Origin: Octopus vulgaris
Lineage: Eukaryota
Assembly: GCA_951406725.2 (NCBI GenBank)
Contig: OX597822.1
Location: 18,414,001-18,478,000 of the forward strand
DNA: 64,000 nt
Reading direction: 5' to 3'
Shown here piece after piece: positions 38,770-52,450 of this stretch (positions are counted from its first letter, which is position 1; every line of letters begins with the position of its first letter). Both the position numbers and the translations under genes were made by a program. The notes under the pieces are model-generated. The model was given only the letters and a program-made list of their open reading frames with translations, was not told the origin of the DNA and made no database searches.

Positions 38770-38972
38770 GGCACCAGTGCAGGTGGCACGTAAAAAGCAC
38801 CCACTACACTCACGGAGTGGTTGGCGTTAGGAAGGGCATCCAGCTGTAGAAACATTGCCAGATAAGACCGGAGCCTGGTGCAGCCTTCTGGCTTCCCAGA
38901 TCCCCGGTCGAACCGTCCAACCCATGCTAGCATGGAGAACGGACGTTAAACGATGATGATGATGATGATGAT
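38770..38972 (+). mobile_element. Family D RTE-type tail, young copy
   Basis: CpG-intact GGCGTTAGGAAGGGCATCCAG...GGACGTTAAACGATGATGAT. Confidence 0.85.
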
Positions 38973-39059
38973 ATATATATATATATGTATGTATGTATAT
39001 ATATATGTAGGTATATATGTATATATATATATGTGCGTGCATCAGTGTGTGTGTGTGTG

Positions 39060-39665
39060 TGCAGAGGACATGTAAAGCTTAGAGAGGAATGAAGCTAGTA
39101 TGCTCTGCTGGATGTGTAATGCAAGTGTACATGTGTGACAGTGTTAGTGTATTGAGAGAGAAGTTAGTCATAAGAAGAACTAGATGCAGAATACAAGAGA
39201 GAAGACTGCACTGGTTTGGTCATGCGATGCTGATGGTTGCCAACAACTTAAAGAGGATGAAACTTGTGGAAATGAGAGATCCAGGTAGACATGGGACAAA
39301 CTACTGAAGGACAATCTCAGAATGCTGAACTTCTTGGATGAGATGATAAAGGGTCAAGATATTTGACACAAGAAAACCTATTCTCCACAGCAAAAGTGTT
39401 AAGGTTGCATCCCCTATTGAAGAGGATTGGCCTGCAAGTGTCCTGGGCCAGTGCCATGCAAAAGCCACTTGTGCTGGTGGCACATTAAAAGCACCCAGCA
39501 CACACTGTAAAGTGGTTGGCATTCGGAAGGGCATCCAGCCATACACATGAAGCCAAATCAGACTGGAACCTGGTGCAGCTCTCCAGCTTGCCAGCTCCAG
39601 TTAAACTGTCCAACCCATGCCAGCATGGAAAACGGACGTTAAGAGATGATGACGATGATGAGGAT
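39060..39665 (+). mobile_element. RTE LINE 3' fragment plus family D tail
   Basis: LREKLVIRRTRCRIQERRLHWFGH followed by the tail and (GAT)n. Confidence 0.75.
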
Positions 39666-40010
39666 GATGGGGTTCTTTCAGTTTTCTTTAACCAGGTCCA
39701 CTTGCAAAGCTTTAGTCAATCCAGGGCTATAGAAAAAGACATTTTCCCAAGGTGCCATGCAATAAAACTAAGCTCAAAACCATTTCTTAGTCACACAGGA
39801 AGAGAATCGTTGATTTAATTCACCCCAGTATTTGTATTTTGTTGTAACCTACAAGAGAATGAAAAGCAAAGTTGCCTTGGTAAGATTTGAACTCACAATA
39901 TAAAGAGCTGGAACAAATACTGACATTTCACCAGCCTTGTGAATAAATTTGGTAGGTGGAAATTGAAAGAAACCCATCATATATATATATATATATATAT
40001 CATCATCATC

Positions 40011-40969
<959 letters not shown>

Positions 40970-41176
40970 GTGAAATAGAAAGATGAATAATCTTGTAGCA
41001 GATTAATCAAAAGTTTAACCGATACCTTGGTAGCAAAAATCACAGCAGAAAAACAGCACGGTTGGAGGTACAACCATATGGTGTTGCAACCGTGCGTTGG
41101 TGCGGATAATTGAAATTAAAATATTATTGGTGAATTGAAGAAATGGAGCTGAACGAAGATTGAACAGGAATCGTTT

Positions 41177-41269
41177 TATTTCATTCTACACGTGTTTCGA
41201 AAGGCACAATTTACCAAAATCCGATTGAATAATGAGACCATATTGTGTCTTTCTCTTCAGGAAGAAATA
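41177..41269 (-). ncRNA. Type I hammerhead ribozyme
   Basis: Minus strand: UAUUUCUUC-CUGAAGA-GAAAGACACAAU...AUUGUGCCUUUC-GAAA-CACGUG-UA-GAAUGAAAUA. Intact core, stems I and II, and palindromic ACACGUGU stem III. Confidence 0.85.
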
Positions 41270-41870
41270 GGAAATCCGTTGGAAAAAACAAAAACAGAAC
41301 AGAGGCGGAGCAAAACAAATCGAACTAGGCTCCTAAGAGCCCATGGCAAAACTGTTTATCAGTGTATGTTGAGAACCGGTGGCTGAAGATTTTAACGGGT
41401 CAGGCAGCGGTCAATCATGTGGGTGAGGGTGTGTAGATGTTCTTTGTGACCGAGAATAAAGTTCTGACTATTTAAGGAATATTGGATGTTTTATAAGGGG
41501 CGAGAAAAAATCTACTTAGAGACATGTGTGTGTATACTGTTCTATATATGTGTGTGCTGGCGTAGGGGTAGAAAACATTTTTTGTGTACGTGTGTGCGTT
41601 TGATCTCTCGGCTGTCAGTGGTTCAGCCGCTCTCCACAATGGCTACTGCAGTAAGAACCGTTGGGTGGCAGAAAAAAATATATATTATGTTTTATGTGTT
41701 TGTGTGTTCGTCTGAGCCTGCCTTGTCAAGGTAACCCCCCGTTGTCAAAAAACCAAGCCCCGTTTATCTTACAGGAGTAATTCCCCTTGCAGTGGTTAAT
41801 TGTAAATATCTTAAAGGCTATTTCAGAATTTGTTACCAAGGGCTATGGGTGCCGGTATTATTTATAAACG

Positions 41871-42371
41871 CTATTTAAAAGCCAGATAAGTGTAACGCCG
41901 CCAATGGGGGCATCGAAAAGCCGACTGTAAAAGTCCGTTTACCATCCGGCCTCTGGCAAACAAAATATGGAAGAGTTCGGAGACACAAAGGTTGCACTGC
42001 CTTCTGCCCCTATCAAATGGGAGGGCCACCGACAAAATTGACCATTCCAGCCTGTAGCTTGAGTTCGTATCCTTCAGTCGCCATATTAGCTTGCTGAGTC
42101 CCGTGGTCTGGCGCTTGTTCATGTCCCGAAAAGTTGCGTAATGGTTGGAGACTCGCAAAGCCAATCTTGACGATGAGACCCCTACATAAGTGAAGACATC
42201 TGAGTCCGTGTAAACCTTGCATTGGTAGACGGCGTTGTTGATCTTGGAGTTCGCCGACGTGAATCTTATTCTGCTAGGATTAGTTTCTGAAATTAGAACT
42301 GCGTTCCTGTCACTATATTCGTTCCGAGAACTGCAGCCGCTTACTACTCTGAATGTCAAGAATCTTTTCAT
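41871..42371 (-). CDS. GIY-YIG endonuclease of a Penelope-like retroelement (166 aa, uninterrupted)
   Basis: AVYQCKV..TYVGVS..RVSNHYATFR..TGLSKLIWRLKD..LEWSIL..CNLCVSE..IL..N..RCPH. Confidence 0.8.
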   Translation of the reverse strand: MKRFLTFRVVSGCSSRNEYSDRNAVLISETNPSRIRFTSANSKINNAVYQCKVYTDSDVFTYVGVSSSRLALRVSNHYATFRDMNKRQTTGLSKLIWRLKDTNSSYRLEWSILSVALPFDRGRRQCNLCVSELFHILFARGRMVNGLLQSAFRCPHWRRYTYLAFK

Positions 42372-44169
42372 AGAAAATAAAAAATAAAACGAATTTTAAC
42401 GAGAAAGTTTGGCTTGACTTCAGGAACCTTACTTATGGATATGTTTTCACTCTCGTAGATCAACCTGAAGAGGTTGGACTTTGCCAAAACTTTGATCTAC
42501 ATCATGTAGTTAAAGCAAGTGGAGCTACATTCCAAGAAAGGAAACCAAATTTCAAGTAGCTCAGGTCTCTTGCAGTTGAATGAAGGATATTCGTTGAAGA
42601 GAATACTTGTTATGTCCACCTGTGATAATTATTTCCTTGATTGTCAATGACGTGTGTGGTCATGAGATGACAAAGTTCAGTTTGCGACCACAGAGACCCA
42701 CGTTCTATCACGCTGTGCAAAACAATTTTGAGATCAATCAAATAAGTACCAGAAGGGATGCAATCAACGAGCCGCTCCCCCAAAATTTCAGATCTTCTGC
42801 TGATAGAAAAAGGATTGTTATTATTGTTGTTGTTGTTTGTTATTTTTCCCACCTCTTTTCTGTAGAACCATTGCACAAAAGCATCCAAGATAATTGAAAC
42901 AAAAATTCTTAAAAATCAATTTTTGGAAGAATATCTTTTGCTTTCTTTAGTGGAATTTTGATTTTTTTTTTCTTTTGTATCCACACTAGCTTTGATTTCT
43001 TTAACCATTCTAACCAATCTGTAAGAAATGAAACTAGAGAATTATTTCTAAATGATCATTGGAACAATTTCAATGATATCTTTTATTGACCATGATTTCC
43101 ATCAGAACAAATTGATCGAAAGAAGAAAATTAAGCATTTCTAAAATATTTCATTGGAAACTTTCACTATTGTAATCAATGTCAATTTTGAGGAATTGAAG
43201 TAATTTTCAGTTTTAATCACCAAAAAAAAGTTTACTTTTTTTAAAAATTAAAATTTAAAATGGAAATTTTTTAAAAAATAACAATTTCAAGAAGAAATAT
43301 ATCTCCTTGTTGTTGTCATTGTTTTTGCTGCTGTGTCGTCGTCATCATCATCATCATCATCGTCGTCGTCGTTGTTGTTGCTAATGCTCTTATTCTTGCT
43401 GTTGTTGTTGTTGTCTCACTTCAATTTAAGAAGCTTAATTCTTTTGTCTAACTGAATTTCCTGAGCCACTTATCGCCTCTAGCTGTGCTGTTGGCAGTGG
43501 TGGTGGTGACAGTGGTGATGGTGGCGGTGGTGATGGTGGTGTACTGTGAATGACTTTTGAGAATCTTAAATAATATTATTTAGACGAATAATTTTAATTT
43601 CTAAACAATACTGCGAACAGTGAACCACTAATTTGTAGTATTTACTCTGACTCGTTCATTACTATTTTGGACCTGATTAAAATGAATGGAAATGTTGACT
43701 TTTGTTGTGATGATAGCATGCTTATCATCATCATCATCATCTTTATTAGGAACAGTTCCTAAGGTGGTAGACTGGCAGAATCATTCACAAGTCAGACAAA
43801 ATGTTTAGTGGCATTCTTATGTTTTGAGTTCAAATTCCATTGAGATCAACTTTGCCTTTCATCCTTTAGAGATTGGACAAAAAAGTACCAGTGGAACATT
43901 GGGGTTGATGTAATCAACTTCTCCTCAAAATTGCCGGCCTTGTGCCAAAAATTAGAAAGAATTATTAAAAGGCTCTCTGCATAGTTCTTTTTTACTGTTT
44001 TGTGCATGTGTCTTTGGTTGAGTGCTCTATGACTGGATGCCGGCTTTGTTAGGTGGTTCAGGAGTTTCGTTTGTAACTGAATGGCTTTTGGTTCAATCCT
44101 ATTGTACCATGATATCTTGAAAAGTGCCTGCCTCAGGTTGACTGTGTGTTGAGGCCTATTTTATGTGTG

Positions 44170-44510
44170 TGCCTATGTAAAAAGGGAAAGGGTAAAAGAT
44201 CCCCTTCGGTCATGAATGACCACAAGATTACCCCTAAAAAGTTCCCCACCAAGGCACAAGTCCGGGCAAGGTTGTTTATGGAAGACCAGCAGTTGCCCAG
44301 GCATACTGGGCTCCCCTCTCTATGCCATCGATGTTGCCTCAGGGAAAGGCAAAGACTGATACAGTTTGGCAACTCATTTCTACAGCTGCATGAACTGAAG
44401 CAACATGAAATAAAGTGCCTTTCTCAAGAACACTACACGCAGCCCAGTCAGGGAATTGAACTCACTACCTCATCACTGTGAGCCTGACACTCTAACTACT
44501 GAGCTATGCA
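44170..44510 (-). mobile_element. tRNA-derived SINE with a distinct tail (…GACCGAAGGGGATCTTTTACCCTTT)
   Basis: Minus-strand A-box TAGCTCAGTAG, B-box GTTCAATTCC and TTGAGAAAGGCACTT core. Confidence 0.7.
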
Positions 44511-44593
44511 CTATGTGCACTACACACACACACATACACACCATGATAGATCATTAGCCACTACACACATTTTTTTCTCTCCTTGTTTTCTGT

Positions 44594-44636
44594 GTCCCTT
44601 TCTGTAGAAGAGCGTAGGCTCGAAACGTAAAAGACT
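44594..44636 (+). ncRNA. Minimal, variant hammerhead-like motif in a probable solo Penelope pseudo-LTR (44540-44725)
   Basis: CUUU-CUGUAGA-A-GAGC-GUAG-GCUC-GAAA-CG-UA-AAAG. One core substitution; stem III reduced to the ACGU palindrome. Confidence 0.55.
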
Positions 44637-44832
44637 TTCTATTCCTGAGCATTATACTAGTACATCTGTTTGTTTTGTACACCCCCTGTCTTCATCTTTT
44701 GTTGTTTTGTTCGTAAACTCTCCCTATATATATATATATATATAATTAAATAAGGGTAGAAATTGATATTAATCAATTAAAACCAGTGGCCTAACATATT
44801 TAAAAAATCCAAAGATTAAAAATTTTTTCCAT

Positions 44833-45056
44833 ACAAAATTTAGAGGATTGACCACTAAAAGTGGACAGCCTGTATGCTAGATATAGACGTCAAAATTGCC
44901 CTTTTCATATATTTTCATTTGTCTTGCTTATTTTTACACTTTGTTTTTTTGCTGAATTTTTCTTGAGAACACATTCTCCGGGGCAAATGGCGATTTTGAC
45001 GTCTATATCTAGCATACAGGCTGTCCACTTTTAGTGGTCAGTCCTCTAAATTTTGT
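44833..45056. repeat. 68-bp inverted repeat with 88-bp spacer
   Basis: 44833-44900 versus 44989-45056, two mismatches. Confidence 0.9.
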
Positions 45057-45079
45057 GTATATATATATTCTCTTTTTCT

Positions 45080-45470
45080 CTTTTCTCTTTTACTTGTTTC
45101 AGTCATTTGACTGCGGCCATGCTGGAGCACCGCCTTTAGTCGAGCAAATCGACCCCGAGACTTATTTTTTGTAAGCCCAGTACTTATTACATCGGTCTCT
45201 TTTGCCAAACCGCTAAGTGACGGGGACATAAACACACACCAGCATCGGTTGTCAAGCAATGCTAGGGGACAAACACAAACACACACACACATACATTTAT
45301 ATATATATATATATGACAGGCTTCTTTCAGTTTCCGTCTACCAAATCCACTCACAAGGCATTGGTCGGCCCGGGGCTATAGCAGAAGACACTTGCCCAAG
45401 ATGCCACACAGTGGGATTGAACCCAGAACCATGTGGTTGGTTAGCAAGCTACTTACCACACAGCCACTCC
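45080..45470 (-). mobile_element. tRNA-derived SINE (family C), full copy
   Basis: Reverse complement of 54250-54640: GGAGTGGCTGTGTGGTAAG head, TTGGGCAAGTGTCTT core, internal microsatellite, GCTCCAGCATGGCCGCAGTCAAATGACTGAAACAAG tail. Confidence 0.85.
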
Positions 45471-46429
45471 TTATATATATATAATCAGAATTGAATGCCC
45501 ATGTTCCATGCTGGTATGGGTTATAAAGTTTGACAAGATCTGATTGTGCCCCATTGTCTACCTTGGGCATAGTTTTGATGGCCGAATGCCTTTTACAATA
45601 CCAATCACTTTACAGTTATGTACAGCATGCTTCTTTTTGTGTCACCAACAGTAAAGATGCAGCATATAGCTTACAAGGCTGAAGCTTGAGAGAAGTGGCT
45701 TTATGCTAGGGTGGGAGGGATTAGAGAACAAGAGAAGGGGTCAAGGCAGAACAGGTTTCTTAATGTAGAAGGGTTACATGGGCCTCTCACTTTATTGAAG
45801 ATAGGAGTGAAGCAAGGAAAATATTTGTCTGGCTGTCTGTACACACACACACACACATACACATATATCAGGGTAGTGGTGATGTTCCTGCTTCCCCCTT
45901 CATTGTCACTGCCCCCTCTCTTCTCTTCCCTCTCTCCTTCTTAGTCCCAGATAATTTCTGATTAAGTACAACTATAAACCAAAGACATTCAGCCTTTGTC
46001 CATCCCATCTCAGCATATTATCTGGGATTATCCAGTCTAGCCTATTATCCAGTCTAGTCCTCTCCTTTAATTTGAATATGGGTTTGCCTGGCTTGAGGGC
46101 TATTTGGCTATCTTTTGTTGGCTTTTGTGGGACTGGTTTGTGTGTCTTGTCTGTAAAATTTGGTGGTTTTCTAATGCACTTGAGAACAGATTACTCATTG
46201 TTCCCCTTTAGCTGATGGAAATAATTTGAAGGTTGTTGTGGTAGGCTTTAATAGTTATATTCCATGATGATGATGATGATGCCAAACATTTTCTAAGGGT
46301 GTTTTGTACAGGAGGCATTGAAATTTCTTTGCTTCCATTCTCTTTGCCTCCGAGATATAAGTATCTATCTACTGTATAATTTTTATATTGAATTGATAGA
46401 TACCTGCTGTCAAACTTGGTGTCTTTTGC

Positions 46430-47050
46430 AGCTGATTTGTATCAGAAATCTGCTCAAATACTTGTTTATGTAACTGTTTTGAAAATTGTGCTTATTTCTA
46501 AATTTCAAACTCTTTATCCTTTCATATATTGATTTATCTTCCTCTTCGGAAATAGAACTACTTATAAGTGCTATCATCAGAAAACCAGTTTGTATATAAA
46601 GATCCTCAGAATAAAAACATATAATGCTACTAGCCTTTCCTTTTATCTTTTTTTTTTTTTTTTTTACCAAATATTGATATAGAAAAGTCTTCTACCGACC
46701 TTCTTTTTGTGCTGAATATCAAATATAACTAATATATATTTTGATAGAAATCATAAAATGTTTCTTATTCAAGCCATTGGTAATGTTTTCACAATGTAAA
46801 GGAATTATTATCCCCTGCCCTATTTCAAGGGAACTTTATTTCAATGAATCCATTTTACATCATCTTCGCAATCATTTTATGACAAAGCCTACAGTACTCG
46901 GCTATTTCTATACAAAGAATGCAAATTCTCTCATTATCCATATATTTATTGAACATTTCGATCTTCAATTTACTTTTCACAAAAATAGACTTTCTGAATT
47001 CCTTATTTGTTGTTTCCATCTGTCATCTCAGTACCATAATATTTTATGAC
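46430..47050 (-). mobile_element. Ancient LINE RT remnant
   Basis: EIGQG and FSDD/IALISSSISE echo the QG and FADD RT motifs at plausible spacing. Highly degraded. Confidence 0.4.
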
Positions 47051-47655
47051 TCTTACCTAATATATATATTTCTCTGTTTGTTCAATTAAATATCACTCAA
47101 AATAACTTGGTGAAATTGACCAATTTTAAAATAACTCCACTCTTTAATTTCATCCTCTTTATCTGAGATATTGCTTTCTTTACAGCTTGTTTGTTTATTT
47201 CGTAGAACTTTTTTTTTTTTTACTTTCCATGCTTATTATTCCTATCATTGTCATCCGCATCATCATCACCATCATTCACATCATTTTTAATTTCAGTATA
47301 TCCTATTAAAAATTGACACAAAATAAATTTCCAAAGTATAATAACATCTAACACATCCCTTTAGACTTTCTCCAGCTTATTCACACTTCTTTTCCTATTT
47401 AAACAGATTTTTAATGTGTTTATTTACAATCTATTCTTGACAATCAAATTCTATTAGAAATAAAAATAAAACTTCCAAATCTTGTCTTTTGCTTTCAGCT
47501 ATATTTTTGCCTCATTAACATTTGTTAAAAATGGATTTTGGAAATGGAAGTTTATGAAACCAAACAAACAGTAAACAAAAATGAAAGGAGATAGATAGAT
47601 AGATAGATATATATATAGAGAGAGAGAGGGGGGAGAGATTGAGAGAGAGAGATTG

Positions 47656-47686
<31 letters not shown>

Positions 47687-47914
47687 AGGATGTAAATAAG
47701 AATACTGAAGTGAGGTCATTATTTCTGCTAAAAAGAATTCAAATCATACAGTTCAATAGAAATTGGATGCCAGCTTCTAAGTCAATACATCCGAGTTAAA
47801 AGAAAAATGAAAATTGAACAACAAACAGAAAATTATAGTTGAGCATCTGAAGCCAGTTGCTTGTGATTTTGGAACTCAATTTTCTTGTCAACCCATTCTT
47901 TATCATTCCTTTGC

Positions 47915-47981
<67 letters not shown>

Positions 47982-49146
47982 GACATCTGTTTATATAGAT
48001 ATATTTCTCTTATTTAAACTATGCACTTCCTTTCTCTCTCTTTATTTCTTATTCATTTCAATCTCTGTTATTACTTTACAACTTTCATGCATATATTTAT
48101 GTATTTATTTGACCTTTTAGCTGGGGAAAAAGAAAAAAGAAATATCAAGTTTGGTTTAAATTTTTGTGAAAAACTAATTATCTATAATAGAACCAGTTGT
48201 TGTTTGTAATCATGAAAGATATAAAGATTTTATTTATTCAAAGCTTTACTTACACATTTTTCAAACAAAAGAGAAGAAAAATAGCTTTGAATTTATTTGG
48301 AAGATTTTTTTTCTTTTTTTTTCTTTTTCTGCATTTTTTTGTTCTTTGTTTATCATCTTACATAATGGAAATCAACAAAATCTCCTTCGGTATCTTGTTG
48401 AATATTTGATTGGATAAACTAATTCCGCACCTGTGAACAGCAATGATGTTCTTGGCATTGTTGTTGTTGTCTGCTTGCATGTGTGTGTATGTGTGTGTGT
48501 GTATGTGTATGTGTGTGTGTGGTGTATGCTCTGTTCAGTAATGTATGTGTAAAACCTTCAAAGAACAACTACTTTCAAACTTCAGTTCAATCCTACCTCA
48601 CATATATTGCACATACACACACTCACACACAAATGTCTATGCAGATATGCATGTAAATACATATATTTAGATGTGTATGGAGTTGTGGGTATGTAGGTGT
48701 GTGTGTGTGTATGTGTGTGTATATATATATAGAGAGAGAGATAGATAGATAGATAGAGAGGGGGAGATAGATAGATAGATAGATTGATGAGTTTATCTTT
48801 ACAAATTCATATATGGATAATGGGTGTAGCATACTTCTAATATGCCACTCCACTGTGAACCACCTCATTTCATACATATTAAATACCGTGTAGAAGCATA
48901 TGTCTCTATGTGCGTTTCTGCATGTGGTGCATTTGTAAATACATTCTTGTGTGTTTGTGGTTATATGTGTGTAGTGTACGTTGAGCCTCAAACCACATTC
49001 AAGGTTCCACACAGTTAAACAGTTAACTTACATGTGGAGGCAACAAACTGTAATTATCTCTATATATTTAGATATATATATTTATTTATATTTAAATATA
49101 ATGTATGTATACATATATATTTATCTTTATGTATATAATATATATA

Positions 49147-49179
<33 letters not shown>

Positions 49180-49234
49180 CATATTTATATTTATGCATAT
49201 AATATGTATATCATCATCATCATCATCATCATCA

Positions 49235-52200
49235 TCGTTTAATGTCCATTTTCCATGCTGGTATGGGTTGGACATGAGGTCTGGAGATCCAGCGTCTGCA
49301 CCAGGCGTCTGCACCAGTCTAATCTGGCTGGATGCCCTTCCTAACGCCAATCACTCTGAGAGTGTAGTGGGTGCTTTTTATGTGCCACTGGCACAGGAAC
49401 CAGTCAATGAGTACTGGCATCCGTCATGATTGGTTGCTGCTTTTTACATATCACCAGCATGGGAGCCAGTCAGGTGAACCTGGCATCGAGCACATACAGA
49501 TGGTGCTTTTTACATGACATCAGCATGGGAGCCAGCAAGGGGCACCAGCCCCAGCTATGATATTGGTTTTACTTGACTCAACAGGACCAGACAGGTGTGG
49601 CTTTGGTCTCACTGCTGGGTCTTCTCAATCACAGCATATCTCCAAAGGTCCTGGTCTCCTGTCATTGCCTCTGTGAGGCCTAATGTTCAAAGGTCATGCT
49701 TCACCACCTCATCCCATGTCTTCTTGGGTCTATCTCTTCTACAGGTTCCTTCTACATTTAGGGAGTGGCACTTCCTTATGCAGCTGTTTTCATTCATATG
49801 TAACACATGGACATACCAGCGCAGTCATCTCTCTTACACACCCCATTTGATGCTTCTTATGCCCAACTTTTCACTCAGGGCACTTAGACCCTGTTGTGTA
49901 TGCACACTGACATTACACATCCAGCAGATCATACTAGCTTCATTTCTTTCAAGCCAACACATGTCCTCAGCATTCATGGTCCATGTTTCACTACCATGTA
50001 GCATGGCATTTCACACACATCATACAGTCTACCTTTCACCCTGAGAAACAAGGCTTTTCGTTGCCAGCAGAGGTAGGAGCTCTCTGAACTTTGCCCAGGC
50101 TATTCTTACTCTAATCGCTGCACTCTCAGAGCAACCAATCCTAGTACAGATTTGGTCGCCTAGGTAGCAGAAGCTATTAACTACTTCTAGTTACTCCCCG
50201 GGCATATGATGGAATCAGTTTTCTGTACATCTTCAGTGTTTATTGCCCCTGTGCATCTGTCACACATGGGTAACCTTCCCTTGATATTGCTGCACCTTTT
50301 ATGTGTCCATAGCTTACATTGAGTACATCGTATGGAGTTTCTACCCATGCCTTTTCTATAGATTCAGCAAGGCCATCTACCTGAAGTGGGTTGCAATTTG
50401 ACAGCCTTCTTACTTACTAAGACTTTGGTTTTTGCTAGGTTAACCCTAAGACCCTTAGATTCTAGACCTTGCTTCCATGTCCTAAACTTCGTCTCCAGTT
50501 CTGGCAGTGACTCGGCTATTAGAGCAATGTCATCAGCATACAGGAGCTCCCAGGGGTAGCTGTCTTGAATTCCTCTGTTATTGCCTGGAGGACTATAATG
50601 AATAAGAGGGGGCTGAGGACTGATCCTTGGTGAACCCCTACTTCTACTCAGAATTCTTCACTATACTCATTGCTAACCCTCACGTTACTGACAGCATCTC
50701 TGTACATGGCTTGTACAGCTCTTACCAGCTACTCATCTATCCCCAGTTTCCGCATTGACCACAGATAAGGGACTGGGGGTCCCTGTCAAAGGCTTTTTCC
50801 ATGTCAACAAAACCATGTACAGAGGTTTATTTTTTGGTCAGGTACTTCTCCTGCAGCTGCCTTACCAGAAATATAGCATTAGCGGTGCTTCTGCCTGGCA
50901 CAAAACCAAACTGCATCTCATCTAGACTAACTCTCTCCCTAATTAGTTGGGCTATGACCCTCTCCGTGACCTTCGTCACCTGATCCAGCAGTTTGATACC
51001 CCTGTAGTTATTTCTATCTAAAGCATCACCTTCACCCCTGTAGCAGTTGACTATGGTGCTGCTGCTATGCCAGTCATTGGATGTGACTCCTTCATGAACT
51101 ACCTGATTTATGATACGGGTGACAAGACCGTAAACCACACTGCCTGATATTTTAAACATCCCAGCAGTGATTCCTGCTGAGCCAAGTGCTTTCCCTATCT
51201 TCATATCCTTAATTGTTTTATTTACCTGGGTACTGTCGATTCAGGTAGCTGGTCCCTCAATTGGGTCAACCTTTGGCAGGCTCTCCTCCTCCCATTAATT
51301 CTCCACATTCAGCAGTCGTTCACAATCACATCTTCAAGCCTCTTTCTTTGTAGAGTCATTAAATGCAAGAACACCATCATCCATGCGGACACATTTCTCT
51401 CCTATGACATCTCTCACACACTGTCTTGCAATCCGAAATACTTCAGTTCTTTGGTTCTCATGTCACTGAACATTGGCAAACTTCTTTTCTGCTAATCCCT
51501 TGGCTATATATACCTGTCTCCTAGCTTCCATTTTGGCTATCTGATACATACTCCTGCTGCCCCCACTCTTCCAGGCATTCCAAACCTGTTTCTTTGCTCT
51601 AATGGCCCTGTCTACAGTATTGTTCCACCACCATGTTACCCTAGTTTTAGAAGGCACTTTGCACCAGATTTGGTCTGTGGAACTCAGCAAGCTATCTCAC
51701 AGGAATACCCAGCTGCCTGTTATGTTACAGGACTGTAGCTCCTCTTCCCTATCATCAAATTTCTCGGTAAGGATATCCATAAATCTCTGACCATGTGAAG
51801 GGTTCCTAAGTTTCCAAGTCCTTTTTTTCAGATTGGTCTGGTTTTTGGCATCCTTCTGGCCTCAAGTCTAAAGTCACTAACAACTAGTTTATGTTGTGGG
51901 GTACATTCTTCACCAGGAAGAGTTTTTGTATTTAAGAGCAATCATGCATCCTACTGTCTGGTGAGATTTAAATTGATCTGGCTAGCAGAGTCACCTGATT
52001 TATAAGTTATTAGGTGACTGGCTGGCTTCCTGAAGTTGGTGTTGTAGATAAATTGGTTATTTGTATTACAGAACTCCAGGAGCCTACTTCCCTCTTCATT
52101 TCTGGTACCAACTCTATGGTCCCCATGTACACCATGGAAGATACCAGATTGCCGTCCGACATGCTCATTAAAATCTTCAACCACAAAGATGTGATCATTG

Positions 52201-52394
52201 AGGTTGCCTGCAGAAGAATATCATGAAAGTGATCCTTCTGTTCATTTGGTAGGCCTGCTTGTGGGGCGTAGGCGGAGATAATTGTAGCAATCCCATTCTG
52301 CAAGATTATCCTGAGTTTAAGTATTCTATTGCACACTCTCACTACCTCTATGACCTTATCCACCCATTTATCTGCAAGAAGTATGTCCACACCC

Positions 52395-52397
<3 letters not shown>
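49235..52397 (-). mobile_element. Long degraded RTE-clade LINE (APE endonuclease + RT + family D tail)
   Basis: APE: GVDILLADKW..IISAYAPQAG, EDFNEHVG..RNEEGSRLLEFC. RT: NNYRGIKLL..QFGFVPGRSTANAIFLVRQLQEKY, VGVHQGSVLSPLLF and ELLYADDIAL. Ends in a (GAT)n tail. Confidence 0.92.

Positions 52398-52450
<53 letters not shown>

Larger units (their letters stand above)
40970..42371 (-). mobile_element. Penelope-like element 3' portion: GIY-YIG ORF plus pseudo-LTR
   Basis: GIY-YIG ORF followed downstream by a hammerhead motif, ending at (TA)n. CpG-rich relative to flanks. Confidence 0.8.

Noticed and set aside
42455-42500. Hammerhead-like GTAGATCAA-C-CTGAAGA...AAAA-CT-TTGATCTAC
   Set aside because: The 9-bp stem and first box are present, but GAAA is AAAA and stem III and the cleavage triplet are missing. 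The region also reads as a decayed LINE RT (FK*LRSL).
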